Source: an uncultured delta proteobacterium (lineage in GTDB: Bacteria; Desulfobacterota; Binatia; DP-6). Taken from it: 64,000 bases of DNA. The translations under genes were made by a program, and so were the position numbers. The stretch's first letter is position 1; the number at the start of each line of letters is the position of its first letter. Where the stretch lies: the NCBI GenBank assembly GCA_963815115.1, contig CAWFFN010000005.1, positions 1,024,001 to 1,088,000 of the forward strand. Reading direction: 5' to 3'. Positions 35,284 through 45,713 of this stretch are shown piece by piece. The notes under the pieces were generated by a model, which saw only the letters and a program-made list of their open reading frames with translations, did no database searches and was not told where the DNA came from.

Positions 35284-36631
35284 TCAGCGCGGCCGGTACT
35301 CCATCACGCACGGCGCCTCGGCCCGTGCCACCGCGCCGAGCTGTCGCCGGCGCGCTTCCACGATCGTGAAGCGCGGGGTCAGCTCGTAGCGCTCGACGAG
35401 CCGGCGCACGGCCACCCTGATGGCCGTCACCGCGAAGCGCTGCGCCGGGCAGGCATGCGCGCCATGTCCGAAGGTGCTCACGAGCTCCTTCGCGTCGAGC
35501 GGCACCGTCGGCGCGAGGCGACGCCCGTCGTAGTGCGCGGGGTCGAAGCCTTCCAGCCCCGCCGCCGCCGTGCTGTTGTTCACCGAGAGCATCGTCGCCA
35601 GCAGCACGCCGGGGGCGAGCCGGAACGTGCCGCCCTCGAGCGCGATCTCGAGCGGTCGCAGGACGAGCCGCAAGGTGATCGATCGCTGCGCGAGGCGGAT
35701 CGACTCGCTCACGCACTGCTCGAGCAGGACGTCGTCGCCTGCCCGGACGCGACGGAGCAGCGCGGGACGTCGCACGATCTCCACGAGCGTCCAGGCGAGC
35801 GCGGCGTACAGGTTCGACTGCGAGCCCAGGTGCAGCATGATGACGTCGCGCGCCGCCCGCACGTGGCGGGCGGCGTCGGGCAGGTCTCCGTAGGCGGCGT
35901 AGATGCGATCGAGCCCGGGACGACCGGGGATCGCGGAGCTGGTCGGCCCGGATCGCGGCCACGGCGCGCTCGATGGCGTGCATCGCACGACGCTCGCTGG
36001 CGTATCGCGTCGCGGCGGTCAGAAACGCGCGTACCGGCCGGACGAAGGCATCGGCGGAGTCGAGCCGGTCGAGCAGGGGTGCCAGGCGGTCGAGCCAGGG
36101 CGGGGCGGCGGCCTCCGGCCCGATCCACGACGCCAGCCCGAGCCGATGGCCCAGCCGCCGCATGGTGGCGAACACCTCGAAGGTCCCGGAATCGCCGCGC
36201 TCGGCAACCTCGAGACGGACGGTGTCCTCGAGATTCGCGAGGTAGCGCTCGACGTCCTCGCCCCCGAAGAGCGTGCGAGCCGTGGTGCGGCGTCCCTCGA
36301 AGAGCTCCGACGGCAGCTTGAGGGAGAGGAGATGCCGGGTCGCGAGGCCAAAGCTGGCGTGGTCCTCGGGCACGCCGTAGAGGGCGCGCACCCCGGCGGG
36401 CGAGAAGACGCAGAACAGACGGTAGCCGAAGGCATCGACCACGTACGTGTCGCCCAGCTTCCGGCGCATCTCCGCGAAGAACGCCGCCGGGTTCCGGAGC
36501 AATCCCGCGCCGGCGCCCACCCATGGCAGCCCGCCGGCTACCCGCGGGGGAGGTGGCTCGATCGTGGCGCGCCGGGAACGATCACGACCCGGCCTCCAGC
36601 ACGACGTCGGACGGCTCCCGATCGGTAACAC
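35284..36631 (-). pseudogene. Cytochrome P450 with one frameshift at ~35915-35935 (real or sequencing error)
   Basis: PPRVAGGLPWVG N-terminal part in one frame; I-helix, ESIR, FDPAHY and heme motif FGHGAHACPA in another; start uncertain. Confidence 0.85.
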
Positions 36632-36652
36632 CCGGTTGCCCGGGGCAACCGG
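36632..36652. promoter_or_regulatory. Perfect 10-1-10 palindrome between divergent genes
   Basis: CCGGTTGCCC-G-GGGCAACCGG. Confidence 0.5.
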
Positions 36653-36765
36653 CCGAACCTGTCCCCACTCGCCGATCTCCCCAAAAGCCGAGCCAGATCG
36701 CCATGCTGAACGCCTCCGCTCGTGGTGCGCGCCTTGCTCCCGGGGTCCGCCAGGAGGTCACCGTC

Positions 36766-39700
36766 ATGATGCTGCGTCGCACCGTTCTCCTTGGCGTTCT
36801 GGCCCTTGGCTTCTGGGTTCCTCGCCCTGCCTTCGCGAAGCCCGAATACCTCTGGCAATTCGCCGAGTGGCGAGAGCAGGACCTGACCGGCGGGCTCAAG
36901 CTGGTACCGGAGCCGTTCCAGGACCGGAGGGGAGGGTACGTCATCGACATCTGGGATCTGCTCGGTCCCACCGTGTTCGGCGACGACGCGACGCTCTCGG
37001 TGGCGGGATACAACGAGGGCAATACCTTCTTCGCCCACGCCCAGTCACCGATCGCCGGAGGGGTTGCGGGCAACACCGTCGGCGGCGACGCGTTCATCCA
37101 GGTGAAGAAGCGCTACCACAAGGACAGCGACGTCTCGGCGCTCCGGTTCACCTACTCGGCCGCACGCCTCGAGGTGATGGATTTCGGCAGCGGCGAACCG
37201 CCGTGGAAGGCCCCCTACGCCCAGATCACCATGGAGGTCGACGTGTTCCAGGACGGGGTCGGATACGTGTGGGGTCTCACCCAGACCGCTCTCGCGCGCA
37301 GCGACGTCGGCATCGACCTGTACGATCTCGCGGACGACACCTGGGTCCTCGACGTCACCGGAGAGACCAGGGGTCCCCACGCGCAGGTGATCGATCGCAC
37401 GCCGCGCTGGCAGTGGGACTGCGAGACGTGCACCGACCCGGCATACGGATTCCACCGCGCGAAGCTGCGGGGGCCGTACACCCAGGACATCGATCTGTCG
37501 GGGGTCGGGCGGGACGCCCGGTTCACGATCTACTTCGCGCTGACCGTTCGGGCGGTCGATCCGAGCCAGGGCGAGACCTCCGCCTACGCGTTCGCGAGAT
37601 ATCCGCTCTCCGGCGAGGAGCTGACCGACGACGCCGTCAGGTTCGAGTCGGAGGAGCTGACGGAGCTCGACATCCCGCGCTGCGACGAGCCCGGGCTCGC
37701 CGGCGTTGCCTGTCTGCTCGACACGGGGCTGCCGCCGGAGAGCTGCACCGACGATGAGCTGCCGGGCGGGTTCGATCGGCACATCGCTCGAGCCCGGGCG
37801 CTGGTCTCGAAGGCGCTGGAGGAGACCAACGCCAAGAAGCTGCGCAAGCTCGTGAAGAGCCTCCGCGGGAAGCTCGAGAAGGCCGATCGTTCCGTCAGGA
37901 AGCGCGAGAGCGCGAAGCGGGGAGCGAAGCCGTCGCCGGCGTGTGCGGCCGACATCCACGGCGTGCTCGGGGAGGCGCTCGGCCTGCTCGATGCTGCCGT
38001 CTGCGATCCTGCCGCCGGCGTGCTGCGCTTCGGTGCGCCGACCTACGAGGCGTCCGAGGCGGACGGAGCCGTGACCCTCGAGGTTCTCCGCACGGGTGGC
38101 AGCACCGGCCCCCTCACCGCGACCGTGTCGCCCAGCCGAGGCATCGCGGGTGCAACCCCGGGCCTGGACTATGCTCGCCCGTCCTCGGCCGTGACCTTCG
38201 ACGACGGCGACGTCGGACCGCACGCCATCACGGTACCGATCATCGACGACCGCAGCGGCGAGCCGGACGAGAGCGTCACCCTGACGCTTTCCCCGCCCGG
38301 AGAATGCGGAACGGGCGGCGCGGGCTCCAGCACCGTCCTGACGATCATCGACGACGACCACGGGACCATCGCCCCACCGGCCGAGACGTACACCGTCGGC
38401 GGCACCGTCAGCGGGCTGCTCGGAGCGGGCCTCGAGCTGGTGGAGATCGATTCCGGTGCCCGGGTCAGCCCCGGCAATGGCCCGTTCGCCTTCGGCGCGC
38501 GGTTTGCCGACGGCTCGACCTACGAGGTGCGAGTTGCGACCCAGCCCAGCAACCCCACGCAGATCTGCACGCTGACGGATCACACCGGCGCCATCGCCGC
38601 CTCCGACGTCACCGACGTCGTCGTCACCTGCGCGACGCCGATGCCGGGCGGCGGACTCGATCCCACCTTTGGCGGCGGGGGTCTGGTCACCGGAACCTTG
38701 CCTGGCGATGCGCGCGCGCTCGTCGTCCAGAACGACGGGAAGATCCTGGTGCTGGGCGCGCGTGCTCTCACCCGTTTCGACGCCGACGGAGCGGTCGATC
38801 CGACCTTCGCGACCGGCGGCACCGCCACGGTCGGATTCGGGGGCGGCCTCAGCGTCGAGGCACGGGACCTGGCGCTCCAACCCGACGGACGCATCGTCGT
38901 GGCAGGGTCCACCGGCGCCAAGTTCGGCTCGCCGACCGACTTCGCGGTGGCGCGCTACCTCGCCGACGGCACCCCCGATCCGAGCTTCGGCGCGGGCGGC
39001 GTCGTCGTCACCGACTGGCACGGCACCACCGACCGGGCATACGCGGTCCTGATCCAGGACGACGGCAAGATCGTCGTCGCCGGGCACGCGGGGACGCCGC
39101 CGACGTCCGCGACCGGCAACGACTACGCGGTGGCGCGCTACACCTCCACGGGCGAGCTCGATGCGAGCTTCGGAACGGGTGGCAAGGCCGAGACCAACGT
39201 CGCGGGGCGCACCGATCTCGCCTACGCCGCCGCGCTCCAGCCAGACGGTGCGATCGTGCTGGCCGGGCGTGCCGGCGTCGACGGGGCCGCAGACCCCGAC
39301 GTCGGCATCGTGCGCTATCGCGGCGACGGCAGCCTCGACGCGACCTTCGGCAGCAGCGGCGTCGTCCTGATCGATGTGAGCGGCGGCTCGTGGGACGAAG
39401 CCTCGGATGTCGCCGTCACGAGCGACGGCGCCATCCTGGTGGCGGTCCAGGCGCTCGTCGGCGCCACGTTCGACTACGCGCTGGCGCGATTCCGCGCCGA
39501 TGGGGCGCTCGACACGGCCTTCGGCACGCACGGGGTGACCACCACCGCGTTCGCTGCGGGGGACGACTATGCACGCGCGATGTCGCTCCGGCCCGACGGA
39601 CGGATCGTCGTCGTCGGCCAGGCGTCGAGCGCAACCGGGTCCGACTTCGGCGTCGCGCGCTACCACGCCGACGGCAGCCCCGACACCACCTTCGGCAACG

Positions 39701-39843
39701 GAGGCCAGCTCGCGGTGGACTTCTTCGGCAAGGCGGACGGGGCAGGGTGCGTCGTGACCCGGGCGGACGGGGCCATCCTCGTCGGGGGCCTCGCCAGCAA
39801 CGGATCCGGCTCCGGATTCGGGCTCGTGCGGATCGTTCCCTAG
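36766..39843 (+). CDS. Large secreted protein: unknown N-terminal domain, Lys-rich helical module, Calx-beta domain, delta-60 repeat propeller
   Basis: AGGAGG RBS, signal peptide; LRFGAPTYEASE...VPIIDD...EPDESVTLTL; repeated LDxTFG...ALQPDGRIVVAG. Confidence 0.88.
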   Translation: MMLRRTVLLGVLALGFWVPRPAFAKPEYLWQFAEWREQDLTGGLKLVPEPFQDRRGGYVIDIWDLLGPTVFGDDATLSVAGYNEGNTFFAHAQSPIAGGVAGNTVGGDAFIQVKKRYHKDSDVSALRFTYSAARLEVMDFGSGEPPWKAPYAQITMEVDVFQDGVGYVWGLTQTALARSDVGIDLYDLADDTWVLDVTGETRGPHAQVIDRTPRWQWDCETCTDPAYGFHRAKLRGPYTQDIDLSGVGRDARFTIYFALTVRAVDPSQGETSAYAFARYPLSGEELTDDAVRFESEELTELDIPRCDEPGLAGVACLLDTGLPPESCTDDELPGGFDRHIARARALVSKALEETNAKKLRKLVKSLRGKLEKADRSVRKRESAKRGAKPSPACAADIHGVLGEALGLLDAAVCDPAAGVLRFGAPTYEASEADGAVTLEVLRTGGSTGPLTATVSPSRGIAGATPGLDYARPSSAVTFDDGDVGPHAITVPIIDDRSGEPDESVTLTLSPPGECGTGGAGSSTVLTIIDDDHGTIAPPAETYTVGGTVSGLLGAGLELVEIDSGARVSPGNGPFAFGARFADGSTYEVRVATQPSNPTQICTLTDHTGAIAASDVTDVVVTCATPMPGGGLDPTFGGGGLVTGTLPGDARALVVQNDGKILVLGARALTRFDADGAVDPTFATGGTATVGFGGGLSVEARDLALQPDGRIVVAGSTGAKFGSPTDFAVARYLADGTPDPSFGAGGVVVTDWHGTTDRAYAVLIQDDGKIVVAGHAGTPPTSATGNDYAVARYTSTGELDASFGTGGKAETNVAGRTDLAYAAALQPDGAIVLAGRAGVDGAADPDVGIVRYRGDGSLDATFGSSGVVLIDVSGGSWDEASDVAVTSDGAILVAVQALVGATFDYALARFRADGALDTAFGTHGVTTTAFAAGDDYARAMSLRPDGRIVVVGQASSATGSDFGVARYHADGSPDTTFGNGGQLAVDFFGKADGAGCVVTRADGAILVGGLASNGSGSGFGLVRIVP
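38655..39800 (+). repeat. About seven delta-60-type protein repeats
   Basis: LDPTFG, VDPTFA, PDPSFG, LDASFG, LDATFG, LDTAFG, PDTTFG at roughly 50-60 aa spacing. Confidence 0.8.
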
Positions 39844-39958
39844 CGCCGCGCTTCCCGGGGGACAGCTCGGGAGCCACCTCGTCGGGGTGGCTCTCAGCCC
39901 CTCCGGGGCGCCGCCGGCATTTACAAACGGCTGCGTTCGTGGACCTTGCTGCGTGACG

Positions 39959-40492
39959 ATGCGCATCGAGACCGAGCGGCTCGTGCTTCGGCTGCCCCAG
40001 GGGAGGGATGCCGGCGCGATCGTGGAGTACGTCAGCGACCCGGAGGTGATGCGGTGGATCGGTGGCGAGACCGGGGGCCGCGACGTCGCGGTGGCGGCCG
40101 TCGCGCGCTGGCTCGCCTGCTGGCAGGCGGACGGCATCGGCCACTTCGCGGTCGAGCGCAAGGAGGACGGCCGGGTTCTCGGCCGTGTCGGATTCCTGGT
40201 CTGGGACCGGCGCACCTGGGAGACCTCCTCGGTGGCCGAGGCGGGCGACGACGCCGAGACGGAGCTCGGCTGGACGCTGGCGCGCGCCTTCTGGGGCCAT
40301 GGCTACGCGACCGAGGCCGCGCGCGCCGCCCGCGCGTGGGGCCACGACGGAGGCGGCGTGGATCGGCTCATCTCCCTGATCGCTCCGCACAACGTTCGCT
40401 CGATCCGCGTCGCGGACAAGCTCCGCGCGCAACCGGAGCGGATGATCAGGACGCGCTTCGGTCCGGCGATCGTGTGGGTGCACCCGCGCTGA
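39959..40492 (+). CDS. GNAT N-acetyltransferase, RimJ/RimL type
   Basis: IETERLVLR, ELGWTLARAFWGHGYATEAA, NVRSIRVADKL. Confidence 0.92.
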   Translation: MRIETERLVLRLPQGRDAGAIVEYVSDPEVMRWIGGETGGRDVAVAAVARWLACWQADGIGHFAVERKEDGRVLGRVGFLVWDRRTWETSSVAEAGDDAETELGWTLARAFWGHGYATEAARAARAWGHDGGGVDRLISLIAPHNVRSIRVADKLRAQPERMIRTRFGPAIVWVHPR

Positions 40493-40504
40493 CCGGGCCC
40501 TGCG

Positions 40505-41524
40505 ATGGAACGCGATCGATCGCAGACCGATCCAGCCACCCACTCGCCGGTGGTCACGGTCATCGTGCCGACGCGCGACCGCCGGCGCTACCTCGACGAG
40601 GCCATCCGCAGCGTGCTCGCGCAGACGTTCGCCGATCTCGAGCTGCTCGTGGTCGACGACGGCTCGACGGATGGCACCGGCGACCTCGTGAAGGCGGTCG
40701 AGGACCCGCGACTGTGCTACATCCACCAGCCGCCGGCCGGCATCGGCGCGGCGCTCAACCGGGGCCTGCGGCGCGCGCGCGGCCGGTACGTGGCGCGCCT
40801 GGATTCGGACGACGTGTGGCATCGCGACATGCTGGAGACCCTCCTCCCCGTGCTCGAGTCGCGAGCCGACGTGGGAGTCGTCTACGCGCGTGGGCAGGCC
40901 ATGGACGAGCGCGGGCGCCGGTTTCCGAACCTGCAGGGTCTTCCCGAGCGCTTTCCGGGCGACAGCCTGCGCAGCCTCGTCTACGACGACGGGACGTGCA
41001 ACGTGGCGCTGCTCGCGCGCCGGGAGTGCTTCGAACGCGCGGGCTACTACGACGAGGACCTGGTGGCGAGCGAGGACTGGGACATGTGGCTCCGGGTGGC
41101 ACGCCACTACCGCTTCTCCTTCGTCGACAAGGTGGTGGTCGCCATCCGCTTGCACGACGGCAACCTGACGGGTCCGAGCTCGCCGCATTTCGCCGAGGTC
41201 CTGGGCGCGAGGACCGTCCCGCTGGACAAGCTGTTCCGGGACCCGGACCTCCCGCCCCGGGTACGCGCGTTGCGCGCGGCTGCCTACGCCAACGTTCATC
41301 TGTTTCGCGGACAGCGCTGGTTGCAGGCGGGTGAGCCGGGGCGGGCCTTGCGGAGCCTCGGGGCGGCGGTGCGCACCAGCGAGGACCGGCTCACGATGAT
41401 CGCGCGCATCGTCTGGTTCGTCCTGGCGGTACCTGTCCTCGGACGCTCCGCGTCCGGGCGGCGGGCGCTGGCGGCACTCGCGGACCTTCGCCGCCGCCGG
41501 CGCGCCGCGGAAGAGGGGTGCTGA
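40505..41524 (+). CDS. Glycosyltransferase family 2
   Basis: VTVIVPT, SVLAQTF, VDDGSTDGT, LDSDD, EDWDMWLR. Confidence 0.93.
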   Translation: MERDRSQTDPATHSPVVTVIVPTRDRRRYLDEAIRSVLAQTFADLELLVVDDGSTDGTGDLVKAVEDPRLCYIHQPPAGIGAALNRGLRRARGRYVARLDSDDVWHRDMLETLLPVLESRADVGVVYARGQAMDERGRRFPNLQGLPERFPGDSLRSLVYDDGTCNVALLARRECFERAGYYDEDLVASEDWDMWLRVARHYRFSFVDKVVVAIRLHDGNLTGPSSPHFAEVLGARTVPLDKLFRDPDLPPRVRALRAAAYANVHLFRGQRWLQAGEPGRALRSLGAAVRTSEDRLTMIARIVWFVLAVPVLGRSASGRRALAALADLRRRRRAAEEGC

Positions 41525-41533
41525 CGGATCGTC

Positions 41534-42562
41534 TCAGACGGGTCCGCGTGCCTGGCGCAATTCTGCCAGATACGACGCCACCGCAGCCCGCCCGCCGACC
41601 TCGTCGGCGACCCCCCGGAAATACCAGTACTCATGGAGACCGTCCACGAGTCGGTTCCATCGCCGCCGCCACCGGAACGAGGCCAACACGGAACCGGCGA
41701 CGCGCAACGTGCGCGCGACGGCGTCGCCGGCGCCGGGCCGGTCGAACGCGAGCGTGCGCGCCGCCCGACCGATGCGGGTGTGCGGCCGGTCGATGCGAGC
41801 GAGGGCGAGATGATCGAGCATCTCCGGGTGCCGCCGCGCGAGCCTGGCGTCGTTGCGTCCCACGGATCGCCCTCGCTGCAGGTACGCGACGAGCGAATCG
41901 TCGCCCAGGCGGTGATGGTAGCCGCCGGCATCGGGGACGAACGCGAAGTGCGCTCCCGCCTTCTGCGCTCGCAGGCCGAGCCCGTAGTCCTCGCTCCCGT
42001 ACCCGACGATCGTCGTGTCGAACCGTCCTGCCTCGTCGAAGAGCGCGCGCGGCATCGAGACGTTGCCCCCGGTCATGCAGGCCCAGTCGAGCTCCTTCCT
42101 GCCGGCCAGCACCCCGGCAAACGCCTGGTCGAGAGCATGCAGGCGTTCGGCCAGCAGGCTCCGGGGCCGCCGCGGGGACGACGGCACCAGCAGGGGCCCG
42201 ATCGCGACGAGGTCGGTCCGGCGGCCATGGGCTTCCGCGTGCGCCGCGAGGCAGCCCGGAAGCGGCTCGACGTCGTCGTCCAGGAATACCAGCAGCCGTC
42301 CGCGTGCCGCCGCCGCTCCCTCGTTGCGCGCCCGGCTCAGGCCGGGGCGGGGAATCTCGATGAGCCGCACGGCGTCGGGCTCGCGGAGCGCGCGCACCAT
42401 GGCCGTGGTGTCGTCGGAGCAATCGTTTGCCACCACCACGGTCTCGAAGCGCGTCCGGGGATGGCTCTGTGCCGCGAGCGCCGCGAGCGTGCGGCCCAGG
42501 CTCCGCGCGCGATTGCGCGTCGGGACGACCACCGACACCTCCGGGGCCGCGTGCGCCTTCAT
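41534..42562 (-). CDS. Glycosyltransferase family 2
   Basis: VSVVVPTRNR, ARNEGA, FLDDD, GGNVS, GSEDY.LGLR. Confidence 0.92.
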   Translation of the reverse strand: MKAHAAPEVSVVVPTRNRARSLGRTLAALAAQSHPRTRFETVVVANDCSDDTTAMVRALREPDAVRLIEIPRPGLSRARNEGAAAARGRLLVFLDDDVEPLPGCLAAHAEAHGRRTDLVAIGPLLVPSSPRRPRSLLAERLHALDQAFAGVLAGRKELDWACMTGGNVSMPRALFDEAGRFDTTIVGYGSEDYGLGLRAQKAGAHFAFVPDAGGYHHRLGDDSLVAYLQRGRSVGRNDARLARRHPEMLDHLALARIDRPHTRIGRAARTLAFDRPGAGDAVARTLRVAGSVLASFRWRRRWNRLVDGLHEYWYFRGVADEVGGRAAVASYLAELRQARGPV

Positions 42563-42618
42563 GGTCGTTCCAGGCGGCGGACGTACACGTTGAACCGATA
42601 CGAGCCGTGCGGACCGAG

Positions 42619-44037
42619 CTAGCGGAACAGGCCCGTGTGCCGGACCCGCTGCAGGTTCATGCGATGATCCGTCTTCCCGATGAAGCCGGCGTTGAAGGCG
42701 TCACGCGAAGCCTGCGTGAACTCGCGGATCCACGTGCCGCGGTTCGGGTAGAGCTGATGCAGGGTGGCATCGTCGAACGGGACGTAGGTGCCGAAGAGCA
42801 GGCAGAAGACCGGGCCCGTGTTCTGGCCGGTATTGAGGGCGAGCGGCGCCACGATGTCCGGAAGCCGGATGCCTCCGACGGCCAGGCCGAGCGTATCACG
42901 CGCGATGACCGGCGGGCTCGTGGACGCGAACGCGAGCGGGGCCCCGATCGGCGGCGGCGTTCCGTCCGTCATCCAGCGGACCAGGGCATCGCCGGCGGCG
43001 TTGCCCACCTCGTAGAACGGCATGCGGCTGAGCGGAGGCCGGTCGCAGTTCATCGGGGTCGGGGGGATCCCGTCACGTGCGCCGAGCGGTGCGAGATAGG
43101 AGTTGAAGTAGAAGTCGGCATGCGCCGCGCCCGCGACCTCCCAGTGCCGGAACTCGTCCGTGTCGGGCTGGCGCACCGCGAGCTGGCTCGGCGCATCCGT
43201 CTCGCTGGTGAACTTGAAGACCTTGATGCCCTGGTCGGTCCGGGTGAGCCCGCCGCCGACGATCAGGAAGAGCGCATCGTAGATGGGATCCAGCGGTCGT
43301 ACCGAGTTGAAGTAGACCTGGAGCCGCGAGGCTGACTGCGATGCGCCGGACATGATGACGCGCTTCACCTTCGAGCGCAGCGCGGCCAGGGGGTCGACGC
43401 CCTGCGGATGTATGACCGCCTGCCCGCCCTGCGAGAAGATGTCGTAGGACAGCGCGTCGTCGGTGATCGTGCCGCCGTCGGTCACGTCGAGGGAGCCGTA
43501 GCGCGTCGGACTCCACACCGTGAGCGAACCGGGACCGCCGCCCTGGACGCCGATGCGTTGCGCGGAGATGCCGACGTAGATCGCGCCTTCGTCCACCATG
43601 TGCGGCCATCCCACCGTCCACTGCGCCTCGATGTCGTAGCCCGCCGTGACGTTGAGCCACTCCACGAAGACGGTCCCCTTGAAATCGCGCGGGCGAGCGG
43701 GCCGCCTGACGATCATCCGCGTCTCGTAGGGATGGACGCTGTCGAGGATCGTCGCGGTCGCGTCCTCCGGCGGCACCCCGGTCGGGATCGTGTAGCGGTT
43801 GGCGGTTCCCGAGAAGAAGAACTCTTCCTCGACGTAGTGGTGCGGACCCTTCAAGGCGGCGAGCTGCGGGGCGAAGCTGAAGAAGGGATAGTCGTGCGAC
43901 GGATCACCCGGTGTCGCGTTCGCCGGAATCGGTCCAGTCACCGTCGGATTGGGGACGGCTCCGGCGCCGACCGGAAACGACAGGAAGCACCCGAGAAGGA
44001 CCGCGGTCACTGCCGACTTGCGCGCCGAGATTCGCAT
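42619..44037 (-). CDS. Secreted alpha/beta-hydrolase-domain protein
   Basis: Signal peptide; YVEEEFFFSGTA, GTVFVEWLNVT, SYDIFSQ, GASQSA elbow, WEVAGAAH. Confidence 0.8.
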   Translation of the reverse strand: MRISARKSAVTAVLLGCFLSFPVGAGAVPNPTVTGPIPANATPGDPSHDYPFFSFAPQLAALKGPHHYVEEEFFFSGTANRYTIPTGVPPEDATATILDSVHPYETRMIVRRPARPRDFKGTVFVEWLNVTAGYDIEAQWTVGWPHMVDEGAIYVGISAQRIGVQGGGPGSLTVWSPTRYGSLDVTDGGTITDDALSYDIFSQGGQAVIHPQGVDPLAALRSKVKRVIMSGASQSASRLQVYFNSVRPLDPIYDALFLIVGGGLTRTDQGIKVFKFTSETDAPSQLAVRQPDTDEFRHWEVAGAAHADFYFNSYLAPLGARDGIPPTPMNCDRPPLSRMPFYEVGNAAGDALVRWMTDGTPPPIGAPLAFASTSPPVIARDTLGLAVGGIRLPDIVAPLALNTGQNTGPVFCLLFGTYVPFDDATLHQLYPNRGTWIREFTQASRDAFNAGFIGKTDHRMNLQRVRHTGLFR

Positions 44038-44129
44038 GCTCTCCCTCCTTCTCGATGGGAGTATGCGCGAGCCGCGAATCGGCTCAATGCACTTTTTCGC
44101 GTCTCCAGCTCGTGCGGAGGCGGCGATGC

Positions 44130-45527
44130 TCAGCGGGCCAGCTTGTTGGCTGCGTCGAGAGCAGCCACCTTGTAGCATTCCGCGAGCGTCGGGTAGTTGA
44201 AGACGGTCTGCAGGAAGTAGTCGAGGCCCCCCTGGAGCCCGAGCACGGCCTGGCCGATGTGGATCAGCTCCGTGGCCCCGGTGCCGATGGTGTGCACGCC
44301 CAGCAGCTGCCGGCCCTCGCGATGGAAGATCATCTTGAAGAAGCCGCTGTCGTCTCCGAGGATCTGGCCGCGAGCGATCTCCCGGTAGCGGGCGACGCCG
44401 ACCTCGTACGGCACGCGCCTCCGCGTGAGTCCCTGCTCCGTCTCGCCGACCATCGAGATCTCGGGGATGGCGTAGATCCCGAACGGGAAGTGCTCGACCA
44501 TCGGCCCCGTCGGCATCCCGAAGGCATGGCAGGCGGCCAGGCGACCCTGCTCGCTCGAGACCGCCGCCAGGCTGGGATGGCCGATGACGTCACCGGCCGC
44601 GAAGATGTGCGGCACCCGGGTCCGGAATCCGTCCCCCACGGGGATGCGTCCGCGCTCGTCGGCCTCGAGGCCGGCGGCCGCCAGGTCGAGCGCCGCCGTC
44701 GCACCGACGCGGCCGGCCGAGAACAGCACCGCGTCGGCCACGATGCGCTTTCCGGACTCGAGCAGGAGCACGGCCCGCCGCGGCGGCCCCTCCGAGAGCT
44801 CGAGCCGCTCCACGGCCTCGCGCATGCGGAAGGTGACGCCCCGCTTCCGCATCTGGTGCATCAGCTCGTCGACGATCTCGTCGTCGAGGAACTCGAGGAA
44901 GCGCTCGCGTTTCTCGACCAGCGTGATGCTCACGCCGAGAGCCGAGAACATCGAGGCGTACTCGAGCCCGATCACACCGCCGCCGACGACGGCGAGCGTC
45001 TTCGGCAGGCGCTTCAGGTTGAGAATGTCGTCGCTGGTGAGGATCACATCCCCGTCGGGGGCGACTCCGGGCGGGGACGAGGGCTCTGTGCCGACCGCGA
45101 TGAGGATGTGCTCCGCGGTGACCGTCCGGTGGGAATTCTCGAACGCGATCGAGACCGTATGCGGATCCTCGAACGTCGCCCGGCCCCATAGCACGGTCAC
45201 GTCGTTCCGATCGAGCTGGTGGTGGATGACCTCGCATTCCCGACGCACGACGTCGGTCACGCGCGAGAAGAGCTGCTCGATGGTGGGACGGCGATCTGGG
45301 ACGTGTCCGAATTGCGACTCCTGGTGGCCGCCCGCCAGGCTCGCGAGCACCGCCTCCCGGAAGGTCTTGCTGGGGATGGTCCCGGTATCGAGACAGACGC
45401 CGCCGAGGATGCGGCCCTTCTCCACGACCGCCGTCCGCCGGCCGAACTTCGCACCTTGCACGGCGGCACGCTGGCCGGCCGGGCCGCTCCCGAGACACAG
45501 CAGATCGAAGTCGTAGGAGGCTGACAC
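44130..45527 (-). CDS. sthA: Soluble (Si-specific) pyridine nucleotide transhydrogenase
   Basis: GSGPAG, GGVCLDTGTIPSK (single Cys), GIYAIPEIS, FNYPTLAECYKVAA. Confidence 0.93.
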   Translation of the reverse strand: MSASYDFDLLCLGSGPAGQRAAVQGAKFGRRTAVVEKGRILGGVCLDTGTIPSKTFREAVLASLAGGHQESQFGHVPDRRPTIEQLFSRVTDVVRRECEVIHHQLDRNDVTVLWGRATFEDPHTVSIAFENSHRTVTAEHILIAVGTEPSSPPGVAPDGDVILTSDDILNLKRLPKTLAVVGGGVIGLEYASMFSALGVSITLVEKRERFLEFLDDEIVDELMHQMRKRGVTFRMREAVERLELSEGPPRRAVLLLESGKRIVADAVLFSAGRVGATAALDLAAAGLEADERGRIPVGDGFRTRVPHIFAAGDVIGHPSLAAVSSEQGRLAACHAFGMPTGPMVEHFPFGIYAIPEISMVGETEQGLTRRRVPYEVGVARYREIARGQILGDDSGFFKMIFHREGRQLLGVHTIGTGATELIHIGQAVLGLQGGLDYFLQTVFNYPTLAECYKVAALDAANKLAR

Positions 45528-45713
45528 AGTCGTCCTTCGCGCGCGACCGTCGGATGATGCCGAAAATGCCGTACCCGCGCCACCCTCGAGGAGGCGGCGA
45601 AACGATCTTGTAGCATCCCGCGCCGCGCCTGCGTCGTGTCGCCGACGCGACGATCGGGATCGACGCGGCGCTGCGGGGGGCACGCGCTTCGTCGACGACG
45701 GCGACCGTTCGCC

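Noticed and set aside
40505-42562. Two GT2 genes as a polysaccharide or glycosylation locus
   Set aside because: They are convergent and lack flippase, polymerase or sugar-synthesis neighbours
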